From Azolla caroliniana (Eukaryota; Plantae; Polypodiophyta): a DNA stretch of 64,000 bases. Location of the stretch: contig JBHGNT010000014.1 of NCBI GenBank assembly GCA_043228905.1, forward strand, positions 8,432,001-8,496,000, given 5' to 3'. How positions within the stretch are numbered: the first letter of the stretch is position 1; every line of letters starts with the position of its first letter. A model generated the notes under the pieces. The model had not been told where the DNA came from. It ran no database searches and worked only from the letters and a program-made list of their open reading frames with translations. Below are positions 1-11,667 of the stretch, one piece after another. The translations under genes were made by a program, and so were the position numbers.

Positions 1-659
1 ATTAAATTCACCTGTTCATAATTTCCCTTTTTAATCATTATTGGAACCGTAGTTTGTATTTACATATAATTGGTCACCATGCTCTTCTTCAGTTTGAGAT
101 ATTAACATGATATTGTAATTTCTCATTTCCGTTAGCATGACTGTATATGAGAAGGCGAATGTTTTTGATAATAAGAGGTTTTTAGTTACCTACGGTTCAA
201 GTCTACTGGTTCCACATAGTATAAATGAATGTCGTACGTAGTTGTTACTCTTACCAATTACATTGTCATGAACTATATGACATTATACAATGAAACTATC
301 GATATACCCGTCCAACAAGTGGGGTACTACTTTATTCCTAAACCCAAAACCACATATTTATAATTACGGTTTATGTAGTTTTACTCTACAATTTGAATCT
401 GGATACCAATTTTAGAACTTTATATTGAACCAAGTCTTCAATTGTGCTCCATGATATGCAAATTGACACGAATGTGGACACATATACAATTTAGTAATTG
501 CTAGGTTTTTTTTGTTCTATATTTAACCATCAAGTCGCAAAAGGGGTACGCATGCATCGTATATTTTCGATATCGGGCTAAAATAGGGTTCTTTTCTACA
601 TCTGGCCAACTATGCCAAAAGAGAATACGACATATTACCTGTTTCAAATGACCCGGTGT

Positions 660-775
660 TTTGATGAGAAAAGCACTTTAGCCATTGCTACTAGTAAAGA
701 AGAGCTTTTATTCATATGTGAGCACACAAGTGTAAACCTTGCAAATGAAGAGTGCTCTTGGGTGATTGTCAACTC
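660..775 (+). pseudogene. Short Ty1/copia fragment (gag-protease linker, F/I/K family)
   Basis: Encodes DEKSTLAIATSKEELLFICEHTSVNLANEECSWVI, a close match to the in-window peptide at ~23870-23975 (DEKGTSVVATSVEEILFMCEHANTNLASEECTWVL). Confidence 0.75.
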
Positions 776-1025
776 GGCTCCTTTCTTCTTCTTCTTTCTC
801 CCTTTGTCGGTTCTTCCCTCACCGACGCAATCAACAGTTTCTTTATCTTTGCCCATTCCGGTGTCTTTGCCCATTCCCCCCCTCAAGTGTGGCACGTCGA
901 GATGTTGAACACCAAGCATTTTGGTGAAGTGCTGCAACTTGTCCGATCCGAACGGTTTGGTGAAGATGTCGGCAATTTGCCGATCCGTATTGAACATACC
1001 GAAGTTCGACTTCGTTGCTTAGGAC

Positions 1026-1471
1026 TGTCATGATATGGCAAAACTCGAACCCATGACCTTATGGTATATGGGTCGAGCTCTTAACCATCACACCATCTAT
1101 TGTAATTCATAGGATATTATTTTCATTTATGCTTTATTATAAGAAAGTAATGTATATTCCAGATTTCTCTGGAACATTCTAGAAGTTTTAGGATTACTCT
1201 TGAGAACACTATAAAAGAAGGCACTAGGCATTATGTTGAACCAAATTGGTTCAACGCCAGTCTTAAGCCTCTTAGCCACTTTGTACTTATCTTTCACATA
1301 ATATATTAGCTGCTGTCATCATCTTTCTCTCTCTCTCATTCTCGCTATCTCTTTCTCTCTCCTCTTCTCACTTCCTCTCTCGGGAATCTTACGCAGTCCC
1401 GTCCTCTTAGTACTAATAGTACTTCTCTTCTGTAGTACTAATTCTCTCTCAGTTTAGTACTATTCCTGACA
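1026..1471 (+). repeat. 5' LTR of element A
   Basis: Direct repeat of 6270-6707, TG...CA termini, TATAAAA at 1210-1216. Confidence 0.96.
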
Positions 1472-1543
1472 GTTTGAACCAATTTTTTCCTTCCTCAAGT
1501 CTACTTGTCATTTTCCCTCCTCCTCCTATCCTTTTTCTATACT

Positions 1544-2701
1544 ATGGCTACTATTAGCGCCCAAGAATATCAATCCGTTTTCTTTGAGCTACAGTGTCTA
1601 AAAGAAAAGTTTGTTGCCCTGGAACAAGAAAACCAATGGTTGATAGGGGATCTGCAACAAATCGTTCTAGAAAAACAACAAATGCAACAACAACATGGGG
1701 AGTTAGCGTTATGGGCACAACAACTCGAAGCAACGTTGCAACAACAAGGATCAAGTCCCCAAGGATTTCATAAAGAGCCCAAGATTGGACTTCATGTGAA
1801 ATTTGAGAGAACGCGATCGCAATTCCGGGGATTCCTTAATCAGGTACGCTTAGTCATCTAGATGCATCCTTCCCGATATCCCATTGATGCATCTCGAGTC
1901 GGCCTAATAGGCACATTACTTAGTGGCTCAGCCTTGGCATGGTTCGCTCCGCTTCTAGAAAAACAATCGCCCTTGCTTAATAACTTTGAAGATTTTATTG
2001 GTGAGTTTAAAGCCTGCTTTGGAGATACCGACAGCATCAAGACGACGATCAACAAGATCCGAAGATTGCGTCAAGGCGATCGTCCAGCCTTTGCCTACGC
2101 TGCGGATTTCCGTCTACTCGCCTCAGATATCCCCTGGGATGATCAGGCCCTCATGGAGCAATTTTGCTACGGCTTGCGCAACGATGTCAAAGACTTGCTT
2201 TTAACCTTCCTCGAAGAACCAAAGTCTCTTACGGAGGCAATCATTCGAGTGGTCCGATGCGACAACTGCCTTTTCGAACGACGTTCGGAACGTCAGTTAC
2301 AAATACCACGCTCTCGGCCGGAACCCACATATGCCTTAGTCACGGCTAAACCGTTTGCACGCGATGTACCTCAAGCCAATATTCCGACACCGATGGAGAT
2401 TGACACCATGCGTCAACGCGGCCCATTATCGGAAGAAGAAAAGCAACGACGACGTGCCAATCGATTATGTCTTTATTGCGGTGGACTAGGGCATATCGCC
2501 ATCAATTGTCCCCATAGGCCAAGAAGACAGGTAAATCAAATCATCGCTTGTACTAAACCCGAGTCAATTCTTCCTTTCAGAGTGTTTGATAGTATTAATA
2601 GTACTAATAGAGTGTCAGATAGTATTCATTGTACTACTAGCCCAAGTATCTCAAACAAATTTGAAATCCTTAGTCAATTAGATGAAGAGTTAAACGATTG
2701 A
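1544..2701 (+). pseudogene. gag: gag of element A (coiled coil, capsid, CCHC knuckle); in-frame TAG at 1859-1861
   Basis: ORFs 1505-1861 and 1862-2701 are in the same frame. Motifs LLSGSALAWF, PTPMEID and CLYCGGLGHIAINC. Confidence 0.9.
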
Positions 2702-2733
2702 GTCCAGCCAAAATAGGAGCCGTTTGGTTGGAC
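2689..2733 (+). promoter_or_regulatory. Putative -1 ribosomal frameshift signal (G_UUA_AAC plus 11-bp stem-loop)
   Basis: pol is in the -1 frame. The overlap is bounded by TGA 2683-85 and TGA 2699-2701. Stem 2702-2712 pairs with 2723-2733. Confidence 0.7.
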
Positions 2734-5700
2734 AACAACCCTAGATCTGTACAACCCATTAGTGGTTCCATTCCTTCCAAGCAAGTTAGCAATGTGTTCC
2801 TAGCCCAAGTCATTGTTAGTACTAAATGTACTCCCCCAGTACCTGTCCTAGCACTTTTAGATTCCGGAGCTAATTCTTGTTTCATGGATCGAAATTTTGC
2901 CCAAGCTTCTCAGATATCCTTAAGAAAACTTCCTTGTCCCGCATCTGTAGTAGTCATTGATGGTCGTCCCATTGCTTCCGGGAATATTGTAGAAGAATCA
3001 GAACCCATTCAAGTTGTCCTAGGTAGTTTTGTGTGTGTAGTATCATTTAATATAATTAGTAGTCCAGAGCATCCCATTGTCCTAGGATTACCTTGGTTTG
3101 AATTACATAATCCAGCCATAGATTGGAGAACAAGAGAAGTCCGATATCGACCACCCCAAGAATCTACTCACCGAGTTTCGACCATTTCACTCCATCAATT
3201 ATGTGAAGAAGGACACAAGGAGGCAATGTTCCTATTTGCAATATCAGTACATCCTTCCAACACTATTAAGAAGGACTCCTCAATACAACTTCCAGTAAAA
3301 TATCATCCTTATGCCGATGTATTTGACAAGGTAAAATCCGGTACCCTTCCTCATCACCGTCCCTATGACTGTCCCATCGATTTACAACCAGGAACCGAGC
3401 CACCATGGGGACGAATTTACAACTTGTCACCCACCGAGTTAGAAGTCCTTCGAGCCTACATAGAGGAGAACTTGGCAAGCGGGTTCATCCGTCATTCGAA
3501 ATCTCCGGCCGGTGCACCCATCTTCTTTGTCAAGAAGAAAGATGGCTCACTTGGTCTCGTCGTTGATTACCGCGGATTGAATAAGGTCACCATCCGGAAT
3601 AGGTATGCACTTCCTCTTTTATCAAGTCTTTTAGAGCGAGTTAATGGTGCCAAGTTTTTTACCAAAATCGATCTACGAGGAGCGTATAACCTTGTGCGGA
3701 TCTGACCGGGAGATGAATGGAAGACCGCCTTTCGCACGCGGTATGGGCATTTTGAGTATACTGTTATGCTATTCGGCCTAACCAACTTCCAACACATGGC
3801 AAATGATATATTGAGAGACCTCTTGGATATCTGTTTAATCATCTATCTGGATGATCTATTGATTTATTCGAAGACCCAAGAAGAGCACGATTCTCATGTA
3901 CTATTAGTGCTAAAGCGACTCCGCGAGAATGGTCTTTATGCCAAGCTAGAAAAATGTAGCTTTGACTGCAAGCAAATGGAATTTCTAGGCTACGTCATCT
4001 CCTCAAAGGGCATCGCCATGGATCCAACAAAAGTCCAAACAGTACTAGAGTGGCAAATTCCACGATCGGTACGAGATGTACAATGTTTTCTAGGTTTTGC
4101 GAACTTCTACCGTAAGTTTATACAGGATTACTTGAAGATTATTTTACCTCTCACACAACTTATGAAGAAGGGACAAACATTTCTTTGGTCCAATGAAGCA
4201 AATATGGCTTTTCGGCATCTTAAGAAAGCCTTTACATTAGCACCGATTCTAGCTCATGTGGATACAAGCAAACCATTCATCATGGAGGCTGACGCATCAG
4301 ATTTCGCCCTCGGTAGCATCCTTTCTCAACAAGGAGATAAAGAAGAGTTACATCTTGTGGCTTTCCATTCGCGCAAATTCGATGTCGCAGAAATCAACTA
4401 CGAAATACATGACAAGGAGTTATTAGCCATCGTGGATTCATTTGTGCAATGGCGGCATTTCTTAGAGGGCTCTCCACATCAGGTCATTGTCTTTAGTGAT
4501 CATAAAAATCTTGCTTATTTCCAGAACGCTCGCGTACTAAATCGACGGTAAGCTCGGTGGGCGCAATTCCTCACGCGTTTCGACTTCAAAATCACATATT
4601 GACCGGGGAAGTAGCAAGGAAAAGCAGATGCACTATCATGACGTTCATATCTTGCACCTCGTCCAGGTGATCCAACATTTGATAATCAAAAGCAAGTAAT
4701 CTTGGGACCAACACGATTGCACACGACGCGGATTTTTCACACCCCGATGGATTCACGGATTACCGATGACATACGTGCAAACTTGAAGACAGATAGTTTT
4801 GCTAAAGACATCCTGGTGCACATTGATACTTCTCGGGCATCCTGTTCTCAGTCTCAACAACCAGGTATTGACTACCGACAATTCGAATATCATGATGGTT
4901 TGTTATTCTTTAAAAAGCGCGTATATGTCCCCGATTGCTCCTGTCTCCTTCAAATCGTCCAGAATTGTCATGACACCCATACGGTGGGACATTTCGGTAG
5001 TACTAAGACGTTGGAGCTAGTGCAACAATCTTTTTGGTGGCCCCACATGCGCCGTTTTGTCGACGACTACGTTCGGACCTGTGATGCTTGCTGCCGAGCA
5101 AAGATGCCACCACACCATTCATATGTCTTGTTGGAACCCTTACCGATTCCAAGTAAGCCGTGGCAGTCTATTTGTCTTGATTTCTTCACAGATCTACCGA
5201 TCTCGAAGGGGTTCGATGCTATCTTAACCGTCGTCGATTGATATACGACGATGGCACATTTTGTGCCGTGTACTAAGGCCATCACTAGCGAGGAAACCGC
5301 CGCCCTTGTCATGCGTGAGGTATTTCGGCATCATGGCCTCCTAGACAGTATCATCAGTGACCGAGGACCGCAATTTGTGTCCAAATTTTGGCAGCATCTC
5401 TTCAAGATGCTCAAGGTCTCTTGCAACCTCTCCTCCGGCTACCATCCTCAGACCGATGGGCAAGCAGAACGAACAAACCAAACGCTGGAGCAATATCTCC
5501 GGTGTTTCCTGAGTTATCAACAGGACGATTGGGCCGAGATTCTCCACTTTTGCGGAGTTTGCGTATAATAATGTTGTTCACTCCTCGACTCGAGTCTCCC
5601 CATTCTACGCTTATACCGGTTCTCATCCTCGCTGGTCAGTGATCGACACCCCGGAGCTACCTACCAATCCTCGTGCCGGGGATCATTTGGAGAGACTACG

Positions 5701-6230
5701 CAAGATCCAGACAAATCTCTCAACTCATCTTCGTTATGCTCAACAGACACAGAAGACTTATGCGGATCGTCATTGGCTTCCCTCCTCTTTTGCCATCGGA
5801 GATCAAGTATGGCTCTTACGTCGTCACATCAAGACTACTTGACCATGCGACAAGTTGGATTATCGACGACTCGGCCCTTTCCATATTACCGGTAAGGTTA
5901 ATGATGTCACGTTCTGCCTTGATCTTCCTCCACATCTTCGGATACATCTAGTCTTCCATTGTTCTTTTCTAGAACCTTATAAAGCAAACACTATTCCCGA
6001 TAGTGTTACACCGCCGCCGCCGTTGCTTGAGTTTGACGCCGGCCCGGAGTATGAAGTTGCTGCCATCCTCGACTCCAAATTTATTCGCAACAAACTTTAC
6101 TATTTGGTCGATTGGCTCGGCTATAGTCCGAGCGAACGTACTTCGGAGCCCGTCGAGTATGTCGCCAATGCTTAGGATCTTCTTGCTGATTTTTAGCGAT
6201 AATATCCTGACAAACCCGGTCCTCAATCAG
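2689..6230 (+). pseudogene. pol: pol of element A (PR-RT-RNaseH-INT-chromodomain), multiple stops and frameshifts
   Basis: LLDSGA, YLDD, MEADASD, ISDRGPQF, HPQTDGQAER, and chromodomain EYEVAAILDSK...YYLVDWLGY. Confidence 0.93.
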
Positions 6231-6269
6231 CGTCGACTCGTTCCACTCGTCGTCTTAAGGGGGGGATAG

Positions 6270-6707
6270 TGTCATGATATGACAAGACTCGAACCCATGA
6301 CCTTATGGTATATGGGTCCAGCTCTTAACCATCACACCATCTATTGTAATTCATATTTTCATTTATGTTTTATTATAAGAAAGTAATGTATATTCCAGAT
6401 TTCTCTGGAACATTTTAAAGGTTTTAGGATTACTCCTGAGAACACTATAAGAGAAGGCACTAGGCATTATGTTGAAACAAATTGGTTCAACGCCAATCTT
6501 AAGCCTCTTAGCCACTTTGTACTTATCTTTCACATAATATATTAGCTACTGTCATCATCTTTCTCTCTCTCTCGTTCTCGCTATCTCTTTCTCTCTCCTC
6601 TTCTCACTTCCTCTCTCGGGAATCTTATGTAGTCTCGTCCTCTTAGTACTAAATGTACTTCTCTTCTGTAGTACTAATTCTCTCTCTGTTTAGTACTATT
6701 CCTGACA
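6270..6707 (+). repeat. 3' LTR of element A
   Basis: Follows the PPT AAGGGGGGGATAG. Repeat of 1026-1471. Confidence 0.96.
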
Positions 6708-9700
6708 AGGACACGCTCACGCACGAAGTGGTAATGGCAACGGTAGTGCCCCGGTATTTAGCCTCTGTGCTCGAAAGGGCCACTGTTGGCTGCTTTTTGC
6801 TCTTCCACGCAACAGCCGCGCTACCAAGGGAAAACATATAGCCTGAGGTGGATTGACGATCTGATGCATTGCCGGCCCAGTCGGCATCAGTGTAGCCGAC
6901 TAGCTCTTCGGTTATACCATGCCGGTATCACAGTCCTCGATCCCTCGTGCCGCTCACATATCTCAAAATTCGATGCGCGCATAGAAGGTGCTCCACGGTC
7001 GGCTTCTGCATATATTGGTTGATCACGCCAACCGGATAACTGATGTCGGGTCAGGTGATTGTCAAATATATAAGGCTTCCGATGATTTGTCGGAACCGCT
7101 TCTCATCGCAGACCGGTCCTGAGTCGGGACGGAGCTTCTGGTTCCGGTCCAAGGGTGTGGAGATCGGTCGGCATTCTGTCATGCTGAACTTGTACAACAT
7201 ATTCAACACATAGTGTCTTTGTGAGAGCAATATGCCTTCGGGGGTTTGGATCACCTCGATCCCAAGGAAATAGTGAAGGTCCCCCAGGTCCTTCATCTCA
7301 AATGTGTCCAATAGCTGGGACTTGACTAGACTAATTTCATCGAGTCCGGGTCTGGTGATGGCTAGGTCATCAACATACATCAAGATGCAAACCAAACCGT
7401 TTGGACCTTGCCGGATGAACAACGAAGAGTTGGACTTGGCGGACACAAACCCAATCTTACGCAACCGGTGCATGATCTTCACATTCCAAGTTCGGGGGGG
7501 CTTGCTTCAGGCCATAAAGTGACTTCTTCAGTCGGCATACCACCGACTTGTTCATCTCCGTCTGGAAACCGGGGGGTTAGGTCATAAAGACCTCTTCTTC
7601 AAGATCGCCTTGAAGAAATGCATTCTTCACGTCCATCTGGTGAAGATGCCACCCCCTTGCTGCAACAACCGCCAACACCACACAAACCGTCGTCATCTTC
7701 GTTACCGGAGCTAAGGTCTCGTCATAGTCGATTCTGTGGGTCTGCGCGTATCCCTTTGCCACTAACCGGGCTTTTTACTGGTTAATTGAACCGTCGACAT
7801 TGTACTTTACCTTGTACACCCACTTACATCTGATCGGTTTATAGTGTCGGGGAGGGTCAACTAGGTCCCATGTGTCGTTGGCATCAAGTACCTGCATTTC
7901 TTCCTCCATAGCGGCATGCCAATTTGCGTCCTTTGCCGCTTCTGCGTAGCTCTCCGGCTCACGCACTTCCGCCACCTTGGTCATCTATGCACAATGATGC
8001 GCCATGTACTCATTGTACCCGTACCGCTTCATGGGGTTCTTCTGGCGGGAAGACCCGCATATCTTATCATTACCCGGTTTGAGGCCCTTCTTGGCCGGTT
8101 CGGGCTTTGTTCCCGAAGATCCGCCTTAATCCTTTCCGGAGTCGGATTCGCTTCGATCCATCTCAACGTTGCCGGTTTCGTATTCCGGCATCTTGTTCTT
8201 CCCCTTCTCTTTGCGTGTGAACCGTCTCCTCGGTTCCTTGCGCGGGGAGAGCACGGCAGAGTCTCCACTACTCACCGATTCCTCATTCGACTGGTCATCC
8301 CAACTCAGCCGCTTGTTTGGCCTGCTCAATCGAAATGATTCCGGACTCACATCTAGAGTCTCAAACCGTTCGTCTTCTAACTGGACCGGTTCAGGCTCAC
8401 TAGCCTCATTCTCTGGTATCGGGTCGGGGTCGGAAGTCGGAGCCGGTAAAGCATACCATGATGCCGTCTCATCAAACTCAACATCCCGCCTAACTCGGAC
8501 CTGTTTCGTCCAGGGGTTATAACACTTATAACCCTTTTGCTCATGCGAGTAACCGACCAGGATGCATTTCTCCGACTTTGCATCCAACTTCCTCTGCTTC
8601 TCATCCGCCACATGCACATATGCAATGCTACCGAATATTCGAAGGTGTCGCAAATTTGGCTTGCGCCCAAAATATAGCTCATGCGCGGACACCTTGTCAC
8701 CGATCCGGTTTTGGATATAGAAGGCCGTCTAGACCGCCTCAGCCTAGTAGAATTTGGGCATGCTCTTCTCCTCTAGCATCGCCCTTGCTACGTCGATAAG
8801 CGATCGGTTCCTCCTCTCGGCCACACCGTTTTGCTCCGGTGTGTATCTGCAGTTGAACTCTCTCCGAATTCCTTTTTGAATTGATCGGAAAAATATTCTT
8901 TTCCGCCATCCGACCGCAGGCACTTGATATTCCTCTCCGTTTCCCGTTCAACCAGGCTTTGCAGGTTCTGGAAACACTCGAAGGCTTCGCTCTTCCACTC
9001 AATGAAGTAGATCCATGTGTGCCGGCTGTAGTCATCAATGAAGGAGATGAAGTATCGCCTCCCGCCAAGACTCACGTTTTGTGCTAGTCCCCATACATCC
9101 GAATGAATAAGGTTGAGCTTGTTACGACCACAATTACGTTCGGTGGGGAATGGAAGCCGGTGTTGCTTCCCGAGTTGGTAGGCTTCACATATTTGGGCCT
9201 TCTGGCCACTGAACTTCGACAAACCGAAAACAACTTGTTTCGTTTGTAGGTCTTGAAACCTCCGGTAATTGATGTGGCCGATCCGTTTGTGCCAGAGATC
9301 AATATCCGATTCAATCTTCTGTCCTTTGGCGAACAAAGCGGTGTCGACGTCATTGGTGTCGAGGATGAACATCCTCCCATCCTTGTGCAATAATTTGGCC
9401 CTCTTCCTCGATGAAGCACCCGAGGTGCGTAAACCGCACCTGCATTCCCTAGTCGACAATCTGTCCAATCGAGACCAGGTTCTTCATGATAATCGGAATG
9501 TGTAATACGCTCATCAGCTTCCCCCTCTGTCTGACGTGGCAGAAAGGAACTTCTCCGACATGCACGATTGGGTGAGGAGTGTCGTCTCCGGTTTTGACAA
9601 CTCTCGGTTGTTCCGGTTTTTCCAGGAAAGAGAACCACTCTTTGTGGCTCGTCATGTGATTCGAGGCACCGGAGTCAACGTACCATAGTTCCTTCGATTT

Positions 9701-10703
9701 GGAAATGGTCTTCTTCATCGAGTTAGCTTTGTGTTTCATCACCAAGGCTGGCCCTTTACTAGCTTTCCCGGTTTTGGATCCTCCCGATCCTTTTGTGTAG
9801 TGCGAGTATTGCCGGTTCTCTTTGATGGCCTTGCCGGATCCGGATTTGTCCGAATTGGCACACTTCTTCCAGCACTCGCTTTCTTTGTGGCCCTTTTTAC
9901 CACAGTACCAGCATTTCGTGTCGGCCTTTGCTTGCCGGTCTCCGGCACTGCCTTGAATCCCCCTGCTTGTGGAGGGTTCGGAACTGTTGTCGGCACGCTA
10001 CCATTGCGAGCGAACCCGCCTCGTCCACCATGCCCACGGGGCCGATCTGCCTTCGTGTACAAAATCCGGCTATCGGTGGGTGCACTTGTTGACGCACCGG
10101 TGTGGTTCTCCTCTACAAGGAGCATCAACTGTAAGTCGAAAAATGACAGCGTATGCTCCCTTGTACATACCGCCGTTCGGAACGCTCTGAACTTAGATCT
10201 GCACCATCTAATCTTCCTCCATGGTGACGTTGATAGAGGCAAGTGAGTCACAGATCTCTTTGATTCGGGTCGTGTAATCGGCTACTGACATGTCCTTCTG
10301 TCGGACATTGCTCAATTCCTATCGGAGTTGTAGCTTCTGGGCCGTAGTGCTTGCCACGAAAACCTTCTTTTGGCATCTTGGCATCTTGGACATGGCTCAG
10401 CAGCTGGTCTCCGACACTGGACGCAAAGCAGTACATCGCTCTGCTTGCCGCTTGTTCCCACACTCGGAAGTCCTTGTGTGCCGCATTAGGTGCTGTGTCA
10501 TTAGCTCCATTGACATATCTCCAGTAACCATGCCCAAGCAGGTACTGGTGCATCTTGTAAGACCAAGATGCGTAGTTGGATCTGTTGAGCTTCTCCACCG
10601 AAAGTGAGCTAGCCATTGCTCTGTCCATTTTGTTTTTCCTGTTCTTTACGAAGGTTAGGTTTTCTTCTTGAGCTAAGGTCGGTTGCAGAGGTTCTCAACC
10701 CTC

Positions 10704-10717
10704 GCACTCTGATACCA
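10704..10717 (-). promoter_or_regulatory. PBS (tRNA-iMet) of copia B
   Basis: Reads TGGTATCAGAG on the minus strand, adjacent to the LTR. Confidence 0.9.
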
Positions 10718-11084
10718 TATAGAAACAAATAGTGTGCGGAAGAAATAGAAAACCGAACACAGAAACGCAGGTTTAGTGGAGAGCTTGACAATACGCGGGA
10801 GAGACAGAGAAAGAGTAGAACAAGTTAAATCTATTTCAAAACAATAATGGTTCTCTGTACATAAAACATGCTCAACAACACTATTTATACAAGTCCTAAG
10901 AGGACTGACAGAAGTATTGTGTACTTCAATGCTCATATGAGCGTCTGACACTAACTATGAGATAGTAACTACCTAGTAGTCTAGGCTGCTACTAGGCTTT
11001 CGGTTATTGCTGGATTCGGCTAATTGGCTCCCCAGCTCAGGCTTATTCAGCCAATCCGGATCCGGTTGAGCTTGTCGCTCAACA
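10718..11084 (-). repeat. 5' LTR of copia B
   Basis: Starts TGTTGAGCG on the minus strand. Similar to the J LTRs (AGTAGTAGCCTAGACTAC block). Confidence 0.85.
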
Positions 11085-11632
11085 CAAGATTTGAACCTTG
11101 TACCTCCATGTTAACGATTTTAAGGCTTACCATTGTACTAGCATATTATGAGTTTTTAAAGTTATACTAAACTTTATCCCATGTAAATATTCTAGATAAG
11201 CATGATAGAAAAGGTTATTCATGCATACACACTTGAGTTAAAAGAAAAGATGTGATAGAAAGCTAATCATGCACATGTAGTGTGTATGAAAACTAAAGTT
11301 AGAAAAAGCATGATGTTTGCAGGTGATAAACTTAGACTCTTCCATTACTATATAAGGGAGAGAGAAAGATGTATAGAGGTTGTTGATTTTTTATTATAAG
11401 GGTTGATTAATACAAAATATTCGTGGGGCTTCACGATTTTGCCATCTAATTCTCTCTTACAATCTAAGTATGAATTAATACATTATACTCATGGGATTCA
11501 CGAGTTTCATATCTCCATCTTGCAATCTATTCGTAACAAAACTTATCTCATATTCTTCTTCTTCAAGTCCAAAACCTCAGCGGTTCCCACCCGATTCATG
11601 CAACGATCCGGCGCCGAAAGGCACGACACAAA

Positions 11633-11650
11633 TGGCGAACTCGACGTGAA
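11633..11650 (+). promoter_or_regulatory. PBS complementary to the tRNA-Trp 3' end (2 mismatches)
   Basis: TGGCGAACTCGACGTGAA, compared with TGGTGAACCCGACGTGAA in element G. Confidence 0.75.
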
Positions 11651-11667
11651 ACCCGGGTGGCAAGGAG

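Larger units (their letters stand above)
1026..6707 (+). mobile_element. Complete Ty3/gypsy chromovirus A (Tf1/sushi/Tcn1-like)
   Basis: Two ~440-bp LTRs (TGTCA...TGACA), 5-bp TSD AGGAC at 1021-1025 and 6708-6712, PPT at 6257-6269, and domain order gag, PR, RT, RH, INT, chromodomain. Confidence 0.97.
770..11084 (-). mobile_element. Ty1/copia LTR retrotransposon B (3'-truncated, interrupted by element A)
   Basis: On the minus strand: LTR, tRNA-iMet PBS, gag (SSLSVEKLNRSNYASWSYKMHQYLLGHGYW), protease (WYVDSGASNHM), integrase (IHSDVWG, FIDDYSR), RT (YVDD) and RNase H end (QIADIFTK) at 644-997. The 3' LTR is missing. Confidence 0.92.

Noticed and set aside
1-430. Possible decayed LINE endonuclease on the minus strand (GEFN-like end)
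   Set aside because: Too many stops and no second motif, so it cannot be supported.
612-997. ORFs 612-908 (+) and 644-997 (-) as genes
   Set aside because: Both are chimeric read-through across a junction between two copia fragments.
1036-1100. Genuine tRNA gene
   Set aside because: No convincing acceptor or anticodon stems. Reported only as a tRNA-like promoter module.
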